Positions 1 through 7,855 of a stretch of DNA of 16,015 bases are shown in pieces. The notes below the pieces were generated by a model. It was given only the letters and a program-made list of their open reading frames with translations, did no database searches and was not told the origin of the DNA. This stretch comes from Nitrososphaerota archaeon (GTDB taxonomy: Archaea; Thermoproteota; Nitrososphaeria; Nitrososphaerales; UBA57): NCBI GenBank assembly GCA_002713205.1, contig PAVW01000005.1, positions 38,599-54,613 of the forward strand. Direction: 5' to 3'. Numbering within the stretch: the stretch's first letter is position 1; each line of letters begins with the position of its first letter. Made by a program: the position numbers and the translations under genes.

Positions 1-397
1 AATATTGTTCTTTCAAAAAGTCCAATGACACTGAATTAATACAATATCTTTTGAATGATGGTGAAGGTCCGTCATCAAATACATGCCCTAGATGAGAATC
101 ACATTTTTTACAAAGTACTTCTATTCTAGTCATTCCTAAAGCTTCATCGACTTCATATCTTAAGGAATTGTTATTCCATGGTTGAAAAAAACTTGGCCAA
201 CCCGTACCTGAATCAAATTTATCATCTGATTTAAATAATTTATTATTGCAACAAATACAAAGATATACTCCTTTATCATTATTGTTGTAATATTTTCCTG
301 TAAATGGAGTTTCTGTTCCTTTTTTTCTGCATACTTCATATTGTTCTAATGTTAAGACATTTTTCCATTCATCATTATTCTTTTGTGTCTTTTCCAT
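1..397 (-). CDS. msrB: Peptide-methionine (R)-S-oxide reductase MsrB (C-terminal end cut by window edge)
   Basis: Absent from the ORF track because no stop codon lies inside the window. The reverse-strand ATG at 397-395 opens a frame that runs to position 2: MEKTQKNNDEWKNVLTLEQYEVCRKKGTETPFTGKYYNNNDKGVYLCICCNNKLFKSDDKFDSGTGWPSFFQPWNNNSLRYEVDEALGMTRIEVLCKKCDSHLGHVFDDGPSPSFKRYCINSVSLDFLKEQY. Two CxxC zinc pairs (CICC, CKKC), GWPSF and the catalytic RYCIN motif form the SelR/MsrB signature. Confidence 0.85.
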   Translation of the reverse strand, partial: MEKTQKNNDEWKNVLTLEQYEVCRKKGTETPFTGKYYNNNDKGVYLCICCNNKLFKSDDKFDSGTGWPSFFQPWNNNSLRYEVDEALGMTRIEVLCKKCDSHLGHVFDDGPSPSFKRYCINSVSLDFLKEQY

Positions 398-453
398 ATT
401 TTATCCATTAAACCCTTTATTATAATGATTATGTACACGCTAATGATTAAATA

Positions 454-541
454 CGGGCCCGGAGGGATTCGAACCCACGACTTCCGGTTTTCTCCATTAA
501 TCCGAAGACCGACGCCCTAATCCAGGCTGGGCTACGGGCCC
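454..541 (-). tRNA. tRNA-Arg (anticodon UCG) with a 12-nt intron at the canonical 37/38 position
   Basis: The reverse complement reads GGGCCCG TA GCCC AGCCTGGATTA GGGC G TCGGT CTTCGG [ATTAATGGAGAA] A ACCGG AAGTC GTGGG TTCGAAT CCCTC CGGGCCC G. It has a 7-bp acceptor stem, a 4-bp D stem, a 5-bp anticodon stem (one U-G pair), a TTCGAAT T-loop and discriminator G. No CCA is encoded. The anticodon TCG lies at 505-503 and the intron at 501-490. One U-U mismatch sits in the T stem (50:64). GC-rich island in an AT-rich background. Confidence 0.85.
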
Positions 542-558
542 AATAGCCTACTCGGCGG

Positions 559-567
559 TATAGAAAA
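559..567 (-). promoter_or_regulatory. Possible TATA box for the tRNA gene
   Basis: On the minus strand, TTTTCTATA lies 18-26 nt upstream of the mature tRNA 5' end. This fits an archaeal TATA element if the precursor has a short leader. Such strings are common in AT-rich DNA, so support is weak. Confidence 0.25.
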
Positions 568-607
568 TGATGAACAAATAAATAAGTTATTGTGATTTCC
601 GATTACC

Positions 608-618
608 TTAAATTTTAT
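608..618 (+). promoter_or_regulatory. Possible TATA box for the endonuclease gene (leaderless or near-leaderless mRNA)
   Basis: TTAAATTTTAT is centred about 25 nt upstream of the TTG start at 638. No Shine-Dalgarno-like GGTGA lies in between. Weak evidence in AT-rich DNA. Confidence 0.25.
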
Positions 619-637
619 CTTAAGTTCTGTTAATGAG

Positions 638-1177
638 TTGGAAGAAGAACCTCGAATACTCAAGGCACAGAAAAGCAGTAAAGGTTTTTTAATAAAAAAC
701 AAAGATTCTGGACAAGAATTAAAAATTCACGGCTATGGAGATAACAAAAGACATGGTTTATTGCTGAGAGATTATGAAACTCTTTTTCTTATTCATTCTT
801 CTAAATTTGAAGTATTTCAAACCAATAAAAAATTAACTTTCAATGATATTCTTAATACTGCTTTATTAAGGGATCAATATGCTTGGACTAAGTTTCTTAT
901 TTATCGTGATTTACGAACTCGTGGTTATATACCCAAAGAAGGATTTGGATTTGGTGCAGATTTTCGTGTTTATGAAAAAGGAGAATATGGTTCTAAACCT
1001 GCAAAATATGTTGTTTTTGCTATGAATGAAGGTACAGAAATAAATGTCCAATCTCTAATTTCATCTGTAAAACAAATATCAAGAATGGGAAAATCACCAA
1101 TTGTTGCTGTCGTAGAAAGACGAGGTGAAGTGATTTATTACCATCTCACAAAATCTCGATTTCGTGATTTATCTTGA
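638..1177 (+). CDS. endA: tRNA-splicing endonuclease subunit (EndA family, about 180-aa alpha-type length)
   Basis: 179 aa with a TTG start. The C-terminal half FLIYRDLRTRGYIPKEGFGFGADFRVYEKG...KYVVFAM...GKSPIVAVVERRGEVIYYHL aligns almost residue for residue with my recollection of M. jannaschii EndA (YLVYKDLRTRGYIVKTGLKYGADFRLYERG...HSVYLVKV...RKKLLIAIVDADGDIVYYNM). A 4-nt TTGA overlap joins it to the next gene. Confidence 0.85.
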   Translation: MEEEPRILKAQKSSKGFLIKNKDSGQELKIHGYGDNKRHGLLLRDYETLFLIHSSKFEVFQTNKKLTFNDILNTALLRDQYAWTKFLIYRDLRTRGYIPKEGFGFGADFRVYEKGEYGSKPAKYVVFAMNEGTEINVQSLISSVKQISRMGKSPIVAVVERRGEVIYYHLTKSRFRDLS

Positions 1178-2028
1178 CCATTAATAATATTTTACTGTTA
1201 TTTTCTTTAATTCGTCCAATTAATTCATTCATGATTGGACTAGCCGTTATTGTAGGCATTGCAATTGGTTTTCCTGAAATGGTATTGACTAGTGTATCTT
1301 TATTTGGATTTATTACTGGTTTTGCAATATCTGGATACTCGATGATTATTAACGATGTATATGATATTGAAATTGATAAAATTAATCAACCTGAAAGACC
1401 ACTTCCTCAGGGTTTTGTTTCTATTAAATTAGCAATTAGTTTTTCTTTAATTCTACTTTTTTTAGGTTTGGCTAGTTCTTTATTTATTTCATTTTACAAT
1501 CTAGCAATTGCAGGGTTATTTTCTCTTTTATCTTGGTCATATAACGTTTGGGGCAAAAAAAATGGTTTTATTGGTAATTTCATGGTTGCATCATCTATGG
1601 CTATTCCATTTATATTTGGCGGAATTATTACTGGAAATTTATCTATTCTAATTTGGTCTATTTCTCTACTTGCTTTTCTATCTGGAATGGGCCGTGAAAT
1701 TATTAAAACAATTTCCGATATTAAAGGTGATAAATCAAAAGGCATCGAATCAGTTTCTATAACTCTAGGTCCAAAAAATGCAGCACGTATAGCATCATTA
1801 TTTTTATTTATTGCTATTTTGGTATCTTTTATTCCGATATATTTCAATCTAATAAATTTTATTTATCTTCCACTACTTTTGATTACCGACATACTTTTTG
1901 TCTATTCTATTTTTAAAATTTCTACTGATTTTTCTCAGATTCAAGCTATTAAGATAAAAACAATTATTCTTTATTCGATGTTATTGGGATTGATTACATT
2001 TTTACTTAATAGTATGGTTTTATTTTAG
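1174..2028 (+). CDS. UbiA-family prenyltransferase, probably digeranylgeranylglyceryl phosphate synthase
   Basis: 284 aa, polytopic membrane protein. It has the N-terminal LIRPINS motif, the Asp-rich NDVYDIEIDKINQPERPLPQG motif (NDxxDxxxD followed by PxRP) and a second polar cluster around GREIIKTISDIKGDKSKG. The TTG start is needed to keep the conserved N-terminal motif. The family call is firm. The DGGGP-synthase specificity is inferred from motif flavour and archaeal context. Confidence 0.75.
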   Translation: MTINNILLLFSLIRPINSFMIGLAVIVGIAIGFPEMVLTSVSLFGFITGFAISGYSMIINDVYDIEIDKINQPERPLPQGFVSIKLAISFSLILLFLGLASSLFISFYNLAIAGLFSLLSWSYNVWGKKNGFIGNFMVASSMAIPFIFGGIITGNLSILIWSISLLAFLSGMGREIIKTISDIKGDKSKGIESVSITLGPKNAARIASLFLFIAILVSFIPIYFNLINFIYLPLLLITDILFVYSIFKISTDFSQIQAIKIKTIILYSMLLGLITFLLNSMVLF

Positions 2029-2040
2029 TGATGGTTGTAT

Positions 2041-3240
2041 ATGTGGACAGAAAAATATCGACCTAAAGTTATTGGAGAAATAGTTGGTAATGACAACATA
2101 AAAGGAAAATTTAATCAATGGTTACGTAATTGGCATGAATCATCTAAACCTGTTTTATTACAAGGTCCGCCTGGTGTTGGTAAAACAACTTTGGTCTATG
2201 CACTAGCTCATGAACTTAACTATCATGTTATTGAACTCAATGCTAGTGATAAGAGAACTAAGACTAATCTTCAAACCTTATTAGGCCCAATTTTTCAATC
2301 TACTACGCTTTTTGGAGAGATGACATTGGTATTAATTGAAGAAATTGATGGACTTGACTCCCGATCTGATTATGGAGGAGTTGATTTTCTTGTTAATGCT
2401 ATTGAAAACTTGACTATACCGTTAATTTTAACTTGTAATTCTACTGATTCAAAAAATCTTTCTAAAATAACAAAAAAATGTCAAGTGTTTAAATTTAAAC
2501 CAATTGACACACGTGAAATGAGCATAGTTCTTGAATCAATTACTAAAACTGAAAAACTTACTATTTCTCTTCCTGATTTAATTACTATATCAAAATATTC
2601 TCAAGGAGATTTAAGATATGCTATAAATTCACTTCAAACTTTTAATTCTACAGCAGATCAATCCAGACACTTTGTCGCTAAATCACTATCACTAGAACAG
2701 GGAGTTAGTGGTTATTTTCGTGCTTCTGATACAGACGAGGCAATGAATTCTATTTCTAATACTAATTCTAATCCAAATGATATTCTACGTGCAATATTTA
2801 GTAGTGTTATTTCAAGTTCAAAGAAAATATCAAACAATGAATTATCAACTATTCTTTCCATTATTTCAGATATTGATTTGTTGCTTGGCCGAATATTAAA
2901 AACTCGTGAGTGGAGACAATTAAGATATTTCAATTCTCTGTTAGTTTATTCATTATTTCAATATCTACAAAATCGTCCAATTAATTTCAGTTTGTATCAA
3001 AATCCATTTCCATTACAAGTTCGCATTTGGAATGATGGTAGAAACTTTCGTACTATTGTACAATTACTTAATAAATACATGAATGAATCCACAGAAAATA
3101 TAGTAGATTTAATTCCGTTTTTTATCTTGATTTTATCAACTCAACAAGATAGAAATACTTTCCTTCTTCGATTAGGTCTGGCAGATAAAGAAATCAACAC
3201 AATTAATAGAGAAATTATTAATTTTACTAAACATGACTAG
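2041..3240 (+). CDS. rfcL: Replication factor C large subunit
   Basis: MWTEKYRPKVIGEIVGND (the conserved RFC N-terminus), Walker A GPPGVGKTT, ELNASDKR and Walker B LIEEIDG, about 400 aa. The ORF track opens at TTG 2035, but ATG 2041 gives the canonical MW.EKYRP start. The 3' end overlaps the SerRS 3' end by 14 nt (convergent). Confidence 0.85.
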   Translation: MWTEKYRPKVIGEIVGNDNIKGKFNQWLRNWHESSKPVLLQGPPGVGKTTLVYALAHELNYHVIELNASDKRTKTNLQTLLGPIFQSTTLFGEMTLVLIEEIDGLDSRSDYGGVDFLVNAIENLTIPLILTCNSTDSKNLSKITKKCQVFKFKPIDTREMSIVLESITKTEKLTISLPDLITISKYSQGDLRYAINSLQTFNSTADQSRHFVAKSLSLEQGVSGYFRASDTDEAMNSISNTNSNPNDILRAIFSSVISSSKKISNNELSTILSIISDIDLLLGRILKTREWRQLRYFNSLLVYSLFQYLQNRPINFSLYQNPFPLQVRIWNDGRNFRTIVQLLNKYMNESTENIVDLIPFFILILSTQQDRNTFLLRLGLADKEINTINREIINFTKHD

Positions 3241-4507
3241 ATTTTATTTCATTCTGGTTATCCATATACGGTCTTAATATTTTTGGAATTGTAATACTTC
3301 CGTCTTCATTCTGAAAGTTTTCAATTATTGCAATTAGAGTGCGTTCTGTAGCTGTTACAGTACTGTTGAGTGTATGTACTAACATACTATTTTCATGTTG
3401 TTTATATCGAAACTTAATTCCAAGCCTCCTAGATTGATAATCTGTGCAATTACTACAGGAAACTATTTCTCTATAATTACTCTGTCCAGGTAGCCATGCT
3501 TCTATATCATAAGTTTTTGCTGCAACTTTTCCCATATCACCAGAAGAAAGTAACATAATTCTGTGTGGTATTTCCAGTTTTTCGTAGAATTCTTTTACAT
3601 CTGTAAGAATTTTTTCATGTTCATTCCATGATTCTTCTGGATCGGTAATGGAAAAAATTTCAACTTTTTCAAATTGATGCACTCTAAATATCCCTTTCGT
3701 ATCTCTACCATGAGAACCAGCTTCTTTCCTAAAACAAGGACTGATTGAAACATATCTTAATGGTAATTCACCAATAGAAAATATTTCACCAGCATGCATT
3801 GCAGCTGCAGCATGTTCAGATGTGCCAATAAGATACAAATCTTGATCTTCAATTTTATATATTACTTCTTCGAAATCTGATAAAATTACAGCTCCACTCA
3901 TTGATTTTCGATTCATCAAATATGGTGGTTGTATCATTCCATAACCTTTCATACTCATAAATTTTAAAGCAAAAGAAATTAATGCATAATTTAGTTTCAC
4001 TAATTCATTCTTTAAAAAATAAAATCTTGATCCAGATATTTTTGCTGCTCTTTCTATATCTATTAAATTATTTTTTAAAGAAATTTCAATATGGTCTTTA
4101 GCTTTCTTATTTATACCTCCCTTTGGATTCCATTTTCCAATTTCTAGATTAGAATTAAAATCTGTGCCTATTGGAACTGTATTGTGAATTAAATTCGGAA
4201 TGGATTGTAATTTTTTATTATAAGATTCCTGAATTTTAATTTTTTTAATATTAAAATTATCTATTTTTTCTGCTACTAATTTCATTTCTTTTAATTTAGA
4301 AGCTATTTCTTCATTTGCCTTTTTTTTCTTTGAAACCTCTTTTGAAATCATGTTTTTTTTCATTTTCAATGATTCTAATTCTGTAATTGTAGATCTTCTT
4401 TCACTATCTATTTGTAATAATTCTGTGAGTTCAAAATTTACATTTCTATCACGGAGCATTTTTTCAATTTCATTGGGTTTATCTCTTAATAATTTTACAT
4501 CAATCAA
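3227..4507 (-). CDS. serS: Seryl-tRNA synthetase (type 1)
   Basis: 426 aa. It has the N-terminal MIDVKLLRDKPNEIEKMLRDRN coiled-coil arm and the class II core motifs (FRKEAGSHGRDTKGIFRVHQFEKVE, TLNSTVTATERTLIAIIENFQNEDGSITIPKIL). The start codon directly abuts the Pcc1-like stop codon. Confidence 0.95.
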   Translation of the reverse strand: MIDVKLLRDKPNEIEKMLRDRNVNFELTELLQIDSERRSTITELESLKMKKNMISKEVSKKKKANEEIASKLKEMKLVAEKIDNFNIKKIKIQESYNKKLQSIPNLIHNTVPIGTDFNSNLEIGKWNPKGGINKKAKDHIEISLKNNLIDIERAAKISGSRFYFLKNELVKLNYALISFALKFMSMKGYGMIQPPYLMNRKSMSGAVILSDFEEVIYKIEDQDLYLIGTSEHAAAAMHAGEIFSIGELPLRYVSISPCFRKEAGSHGRDTKGIFRVHQFEKVEIFSITDPEESWNEHEKILTDVKEFYEKLEIPHRIMLLSSGDMGKVAAKTYDIEAWLPGQSNYREIVSCSNCTDYQSRRLGIKFRYKQHENSMLVHTLNSTVTATERTLIAIIENFQNEDGSITIPKILRPYMDNQNEIKSSHV

Positions 4508-4759
4508 TTATATCACATCTTTGAGAGTTTTATACGTCATATTTACCATTGCTAGAATTTCATCAATTGTATTTAATAAAGAATCAAGCATTGCTGTTGA
4601 TATAAAATATATTTCTAAATTATTATTTATTATCTTTTGTTCCATGTGTAGTCCATCAGGAAAATCAACATTATCGGGTTTTAATGCTTGTTCTATCGTT
4701 GATGCTATTGTTCTTGATTTACATTCCAGTATAATTTTTATCTCTATCTTCTGTTTCAT
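4508..4759 (-). CDS. pcc1: Pcc1/CTAG-family KEOPS subunit-like small protein
   Basis: 83 aa. The pattern IEIKIILECKSRTIASTIEQALKPDN...LEIYFISTAMLDSLLNTIDEIL resembles the beta-beta-beta-alpha fold signature of archaeal Pcc1. It lies in the same strand array as Kae1 and Bud32. An ATGA overlap joins it to the upstream RecJ-like gene. I cannot separate Pcc1 from a Pcc1 paralogue by eye. Confidence 0.55.
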   Translation of the reverse strand: MKQKIEIKIILECKSRTIASTIEQALKPDNVDFPDGLHMEQKIINNNLEIYFISTAMLDSLLNTIDEILAMVNMTYKTLKDVI

Positions 4760-6159
4760 AATTTTACATTAATTAATTTTATAAATTCTTCAGATTTTGA
4801 TAATGGAATTTTTGCTTTACCAGTAAACTTTGAACCAATTCCAATACCTCCTGTCTGATTACTACATTCAAACATAATTTCTCCTATATTCGCTGTGGAC
4901 TTTTGTTTAATATTTGATACAACATAGATTATTACTTCACCATCTACAGTACTTGATTTTAGTATTATGACTTTATTCTCAAACCTTTTTACTTTGCTTA
5001 ATATGGATGAAATTTTGGACATTAATTTTTCCTTAACCAGTACATCCACATTAATAATGAAAGATTTTGTCGTTTCAATTATTATATCTTCATCATTTAG
5101 AATACTAATCAAACATTTATTGATATTTCTCTTATATTTTTCCATTAATTCTTCTGCATCGAGTAGCATTTTGTCTCTATCTCCTAAACAAATTGCTATT
5201 GCAATACCATACTTACCAGTTTTTATACAAGATTCTATTAAAATTGCAAATTCCCTTGCATCTCTTAATGGAGAATATTCTTCTTCTTTATTTAACGTGT
5301 AAACATTACCTATTATTTCTCCTAAAACCTCTTCAGCATTTTCAGACGCGGATACATATGGAATTAATAATTCTACAAGTTCTTTATTCTGTTCTTCACT
5401 AAGATCACTCAAAGTTTTCCATTTACTCCCTGAGTTGTTATAGTTTATTCCAATTGAACGTAAAATGGCAATTGTAGCATCGTTGTTACCAGTTAAATTT
5501 GGAATATATGGTTCAATTGTAGACGATATAGCCTCATGTATCGGTTTTGTCTCACGACCAAAGAACAATAATTCTACTGAACATTTCATTAAATTTGAAT
5601 TTAAAGCCTCATCTAACACTACTTTATTGATCCCCGTCAAACTTCGTCCTTCACCTTGATCTAATCCTGCAGATAATGATGCCATTACTGCCATCCATGA
5701 TGAATCAGTGTTTGAACTATCTATTTTAGAAGCTAGTACATGTGAAATTGTTGACGTAGAATCTTCTATATCTTCATTTAAACTAAATTGATTAATGTTT
5801 AATACATTTTTATTTACACTTTCTTCTTTTGAAATAAAATGACGATCAATGATTATCCATTGGTCATTAAATATACTTTCTATCTTAGAAACCATTCCTG
5901 CACCTAGATTACAAAATATAACCCAACTATAACCTGATTTTTTTATTTCTTGAAGAAGTCTATAATCTAACCAGTTTACAACTCTAATAACGGGTTTACC
6001 GTTTTTTTTTTGGATTGCTTTAGCTATTATACTTGCTGAAGTAACTCCATCTGTTTCTGAATCAGATAAAATTAATGGATTTATTCCATTAGAAATTTGT
6101 TTATTTATTATATTTGCTATATCCTTTGCCCTAACGTTTAATGATTCTATATAATTCAA
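4756..6159 (-). CDS. RecJ-like DHH/DHHA1-family protein (archaeal Cdc45/GAN-like) with degenerate catalytic motifs
   Basis: 467 aa. The DHH-family layout is recognisable: motif I region LILSDSETDGVTSASIIAKA, motif II region VIFCNLGAG, motif III IIIDRHF, and a C-terminal DHHA1-like GGIGIGSKFTGKA. Several canonical metal ligands are substituted (see finding). Confidence 0.7.
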   Translation of the reverse strand: MNYIESLNVRAKDIANIINKQISNGINPLILSDSETDGVTSASIIAKAIQKKNGKPVIRVVNWLDYRLLQEIKKSGYSWVIFCNLGAGMVSKIESIFNDQWIIIDRHFISKEESVNKNVLNINQFSLNEDIEDSTSTISHVLASKIDSSNTDSSWMAVMASLSAGLDQGEGRSLTGINKVVLDEALNSNLMKCSVELLFFGRETKPIHEAISSTIEPYIPNLTGNNDATIAILRSIGINYNNSGSKWKTLSDLSEEQNKELVELLIPYVSASENAEEVLGEIIGNVYTLNKEEEYSPLRDAREFAILIESCIKTGKYGIAIAICLGDRDKMLLDAEELMEKYKRNINKCLISILNDEDIIIETTKSFIINVDVLVKEKLMSKISSILSKVKRFENKVIILKSSTVDGEVIIYVVSNIKQKSTANIGEIMFECSNQTGGIGIGSKFTGKAKIPLSKSEEFIKLINVKL

Positions 6160-6169
6160 AATATTCTGT

Positions 6170-6616
6170 CTATGTTAATTGAGCTACCATTGCTTTATAT
6201 TTCCAATCCTTTGGAATAACGTTTCTTGTTTTATAGTATTTAGATACTCGATGTATCTTGGCTTCTAATAATTCCAAAGATCTTACATTCTTTCTATCTC
6301 CTTTATTCGTTTTAAGATGATTCTGTAATCGCACAGCCCTCTTAACTAAAGAATCTAAATCTTCAGGTATCGCTGGACTTGCATCAATATCTTCTAAAAT
6401 CTCTTTCATTTTCTTTCCTACAACTGTCCTTACAGATGGAACTGTATATTGATCTCTTAAAACAACTCCAATTTGACTCGAGTTTAAACCTTCTTTATTT
6501 AATTTTGATATAATCTCGTTGATTTGTTCAGAAGTAAATTCTACCCAATCAACTTTTTTATTCATAGGTCGAAATGATTGAGATTTTCCACGCCTATGCG
6601 AATGAATTCTTGTCAT
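6170..6616 (-). CDS. rps15: 30S ribosomal protein uS15 (S15P/S13e)
   Basis: 148 aa. It has the N-terminus MTRIHSHRRGKSQSFRP typical of archaeal S15 and the C-terminal LELLEAKIHRVSKYYK helix motif. A GTGAT Shine-Dalgarno-like element lies 4 nt upstream of the ATG (6621-6625, read on the minus strand). Confidence 0.9.
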   Translation of the reverse strand: MTRIHSHRRGKSQSFRPMNKKVDWVEFTSEQINEIISKLNKEGLNSSQIGVVLRDQYTVPSVRTVVGKKMKEILEDIDASPAIPEDLDSLVKRAVRLQNHLKTNKGDRKNVRSLELLEAKIHRVSKYYKTRNVIPKDWKYKAMVAQLT

Positions 6617-6654
6617 TTATATCACTAATAATTGGTTTTATCAGGTGATAAATT

Positions 6655-7239
6655 TTACGCATTATCTAATTTTTTTGTAATCCATTGAGCAAATGCTCCT
6701 GTTGATTTTGCCCTGTGAGATATTTTGTTCTTTTCCATTATAGTCATTTCTGCAAATGTTTTATTATATCCATTAGGTATAAAAATAGGATCGAAACCAA
6801 AACCTTTTTCACCCTTTATTGATGTAGATATAGTTCCTTCTGTAATACCAACAAAATTCTTTATAATTTTTCCATTCTCACCATAGATTAATGCTGAATG
6901 AAATTCTGCATTTTTATTTTCTCTATCTTTAATTAATCGGATTATTCCACCTACGCCAATAGTTTTGTAAACAAAAGAAGAATATGGACCTGGAAATCCG
7001 TATAATGAATCAATATATAATCCAGAATCCTCCACTAAAAATGCACCTTCAAATTTCTCTGCTATATTTAGTGCTGATTGTCTCGCTACTGATAATACAC
7101 TAAATGCTTGGATTTCATTTCCTTTAATATTTATTACTCGCAGATTTATTTTTGAATTTTCAAGAACATTTCTTATTTCTTCAAATTTATTCATATTATT
7201 TGTAGCCAAATAAATTGTTGATTTAGTCAACTCTAGCAT
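6655..7239 (-). CDS. Non-canonical purine NTP pyrophosphatase (Ham1/RdgB/ITPase family)
   Basis: 194 aa. Motifs seen: IYLATNNMNKFEEI, VEDSGLYIDSLYGFPGPYS, GFGFDPIF and ISHRAKS, which are the ITPase family motifs. Its start overlaps the Bud32 3' end by 17 nt. Confidence 0.85.
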   Translation of the reverse strand: MLELTKSTIYLATNNMNKFEEIRNVLENSKINLRVINIKGNEIQAFSVLSVARQSALNIAEKFEGAFLVEDSGLYIDSLYGFPGPYSSFVYKTIGVGGIIRLIKDRENKNAEFHSALIYGENGKIIKNFVGITEGTISTSIKGEKGFGFDPIFIPNGYNKTFAEMTIMEKNKISHRAKSTGAFAQWITKKLDNA

Positions 7240-7855
7240 ATCTACCTCTCATTTCAATTTGTTTAACAATACTGATTATTTGTTCAAAAGAATTTTTCAT
7301 AATACTTTCATACCCTGCTAAAAAATTATCGAATACTATTTTAAACACATCGTTATGCGCACTATTTAGAATTCCTTTTAATAATTTTATATCTACTCCT
7401 TTATCTTCTAACTTATTACTTTGATTTGCTAGTCCAAAATCTATCAAACAAATATTATTATTTTTACGAATAATCATATTTGAAGTTGTTAAATCTCCAT
7501 GTATTATGTTGTTTTTATGTAATTTTCCTACCATATGTCCTATTTTCCACCCAATACCCTTACAATCAATATTTTTATTACTAAGATATTCTTTAATTCT
7601 AGGTCCATCTACATTTTCCATAATAATTTCTGCATTATTAGGATCCACAAAATATATTATTGGAACATCAATTTTTAATAATCTTGTTTTATTCATGATA
7701 TTTGCTTCCTTTATTGTTCTTTGAACACGAATTAAATTGTCTATTTCTATAGGTCTATATTTCTTTTTATGCCTGATTTTAGATATTGCAGATATCTCAA
7801 ACCATTTAGTACTGCTTATTGTAGCCTCTGCACCAATTTTTATTATTTTCTCCAT
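7223..7855 (-). CDS. bud32: KEOPS complex Bud32-type atypical kinase/ATPase
   Basis: 210 aa minimal kinase fold. GAEATI glycine loop, catalytic IIHGDLTTSNMII, and LIDFGLA (DFG). It overlaps the Kae1 3' end by 13 nt. Confidence 0.85.
   Translation of the reverse strand: MEKIIKIGAEATISSTKWFEISAISKIRHKKKYRPIEIDNLIRVQRTIKEANIMNKTRLLKIDVPIIYFVDPNNAEIIMENVDGPRIKEYLSNKNIDCKGIGWKIGHMVGKLHKNNIIHGDLTTSNMIIRKNNNICLIDFGLANQSNKLEDKGVDIKLLKGILNSAHNDVFKIVFDNFLAGYESIMKNSFEQIISIVKQIEMRGRYARVD

Noticed and set aside
461-478. U-U mismatch at T-stem positions 50:64 of the tRNA (GTGGG/CCCTC). Considered as a sign of a tRNA pseudogene.
   Set aside because: All other stems, the conserved D-loop and T-loop sequences, and a coherent intron/BHL structure are intact. 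Single non-Watson-Crick pairs in the T stem occur in functional tRNAs.
567-602. A perfect C-box heptamer ATGATGA (567-573), followed by TGTGAT (591-596) and CCGA (599-602), in the tRNA/endA intergenic region. Considered as a possible C/D sRNA.
   Set aside because: No CTGA box follows at a workable distance. The whole candidate would be only about 36 nt, too short for C, D', C' and D. The region is already needed for two divergent promoters. Judged a chance match.
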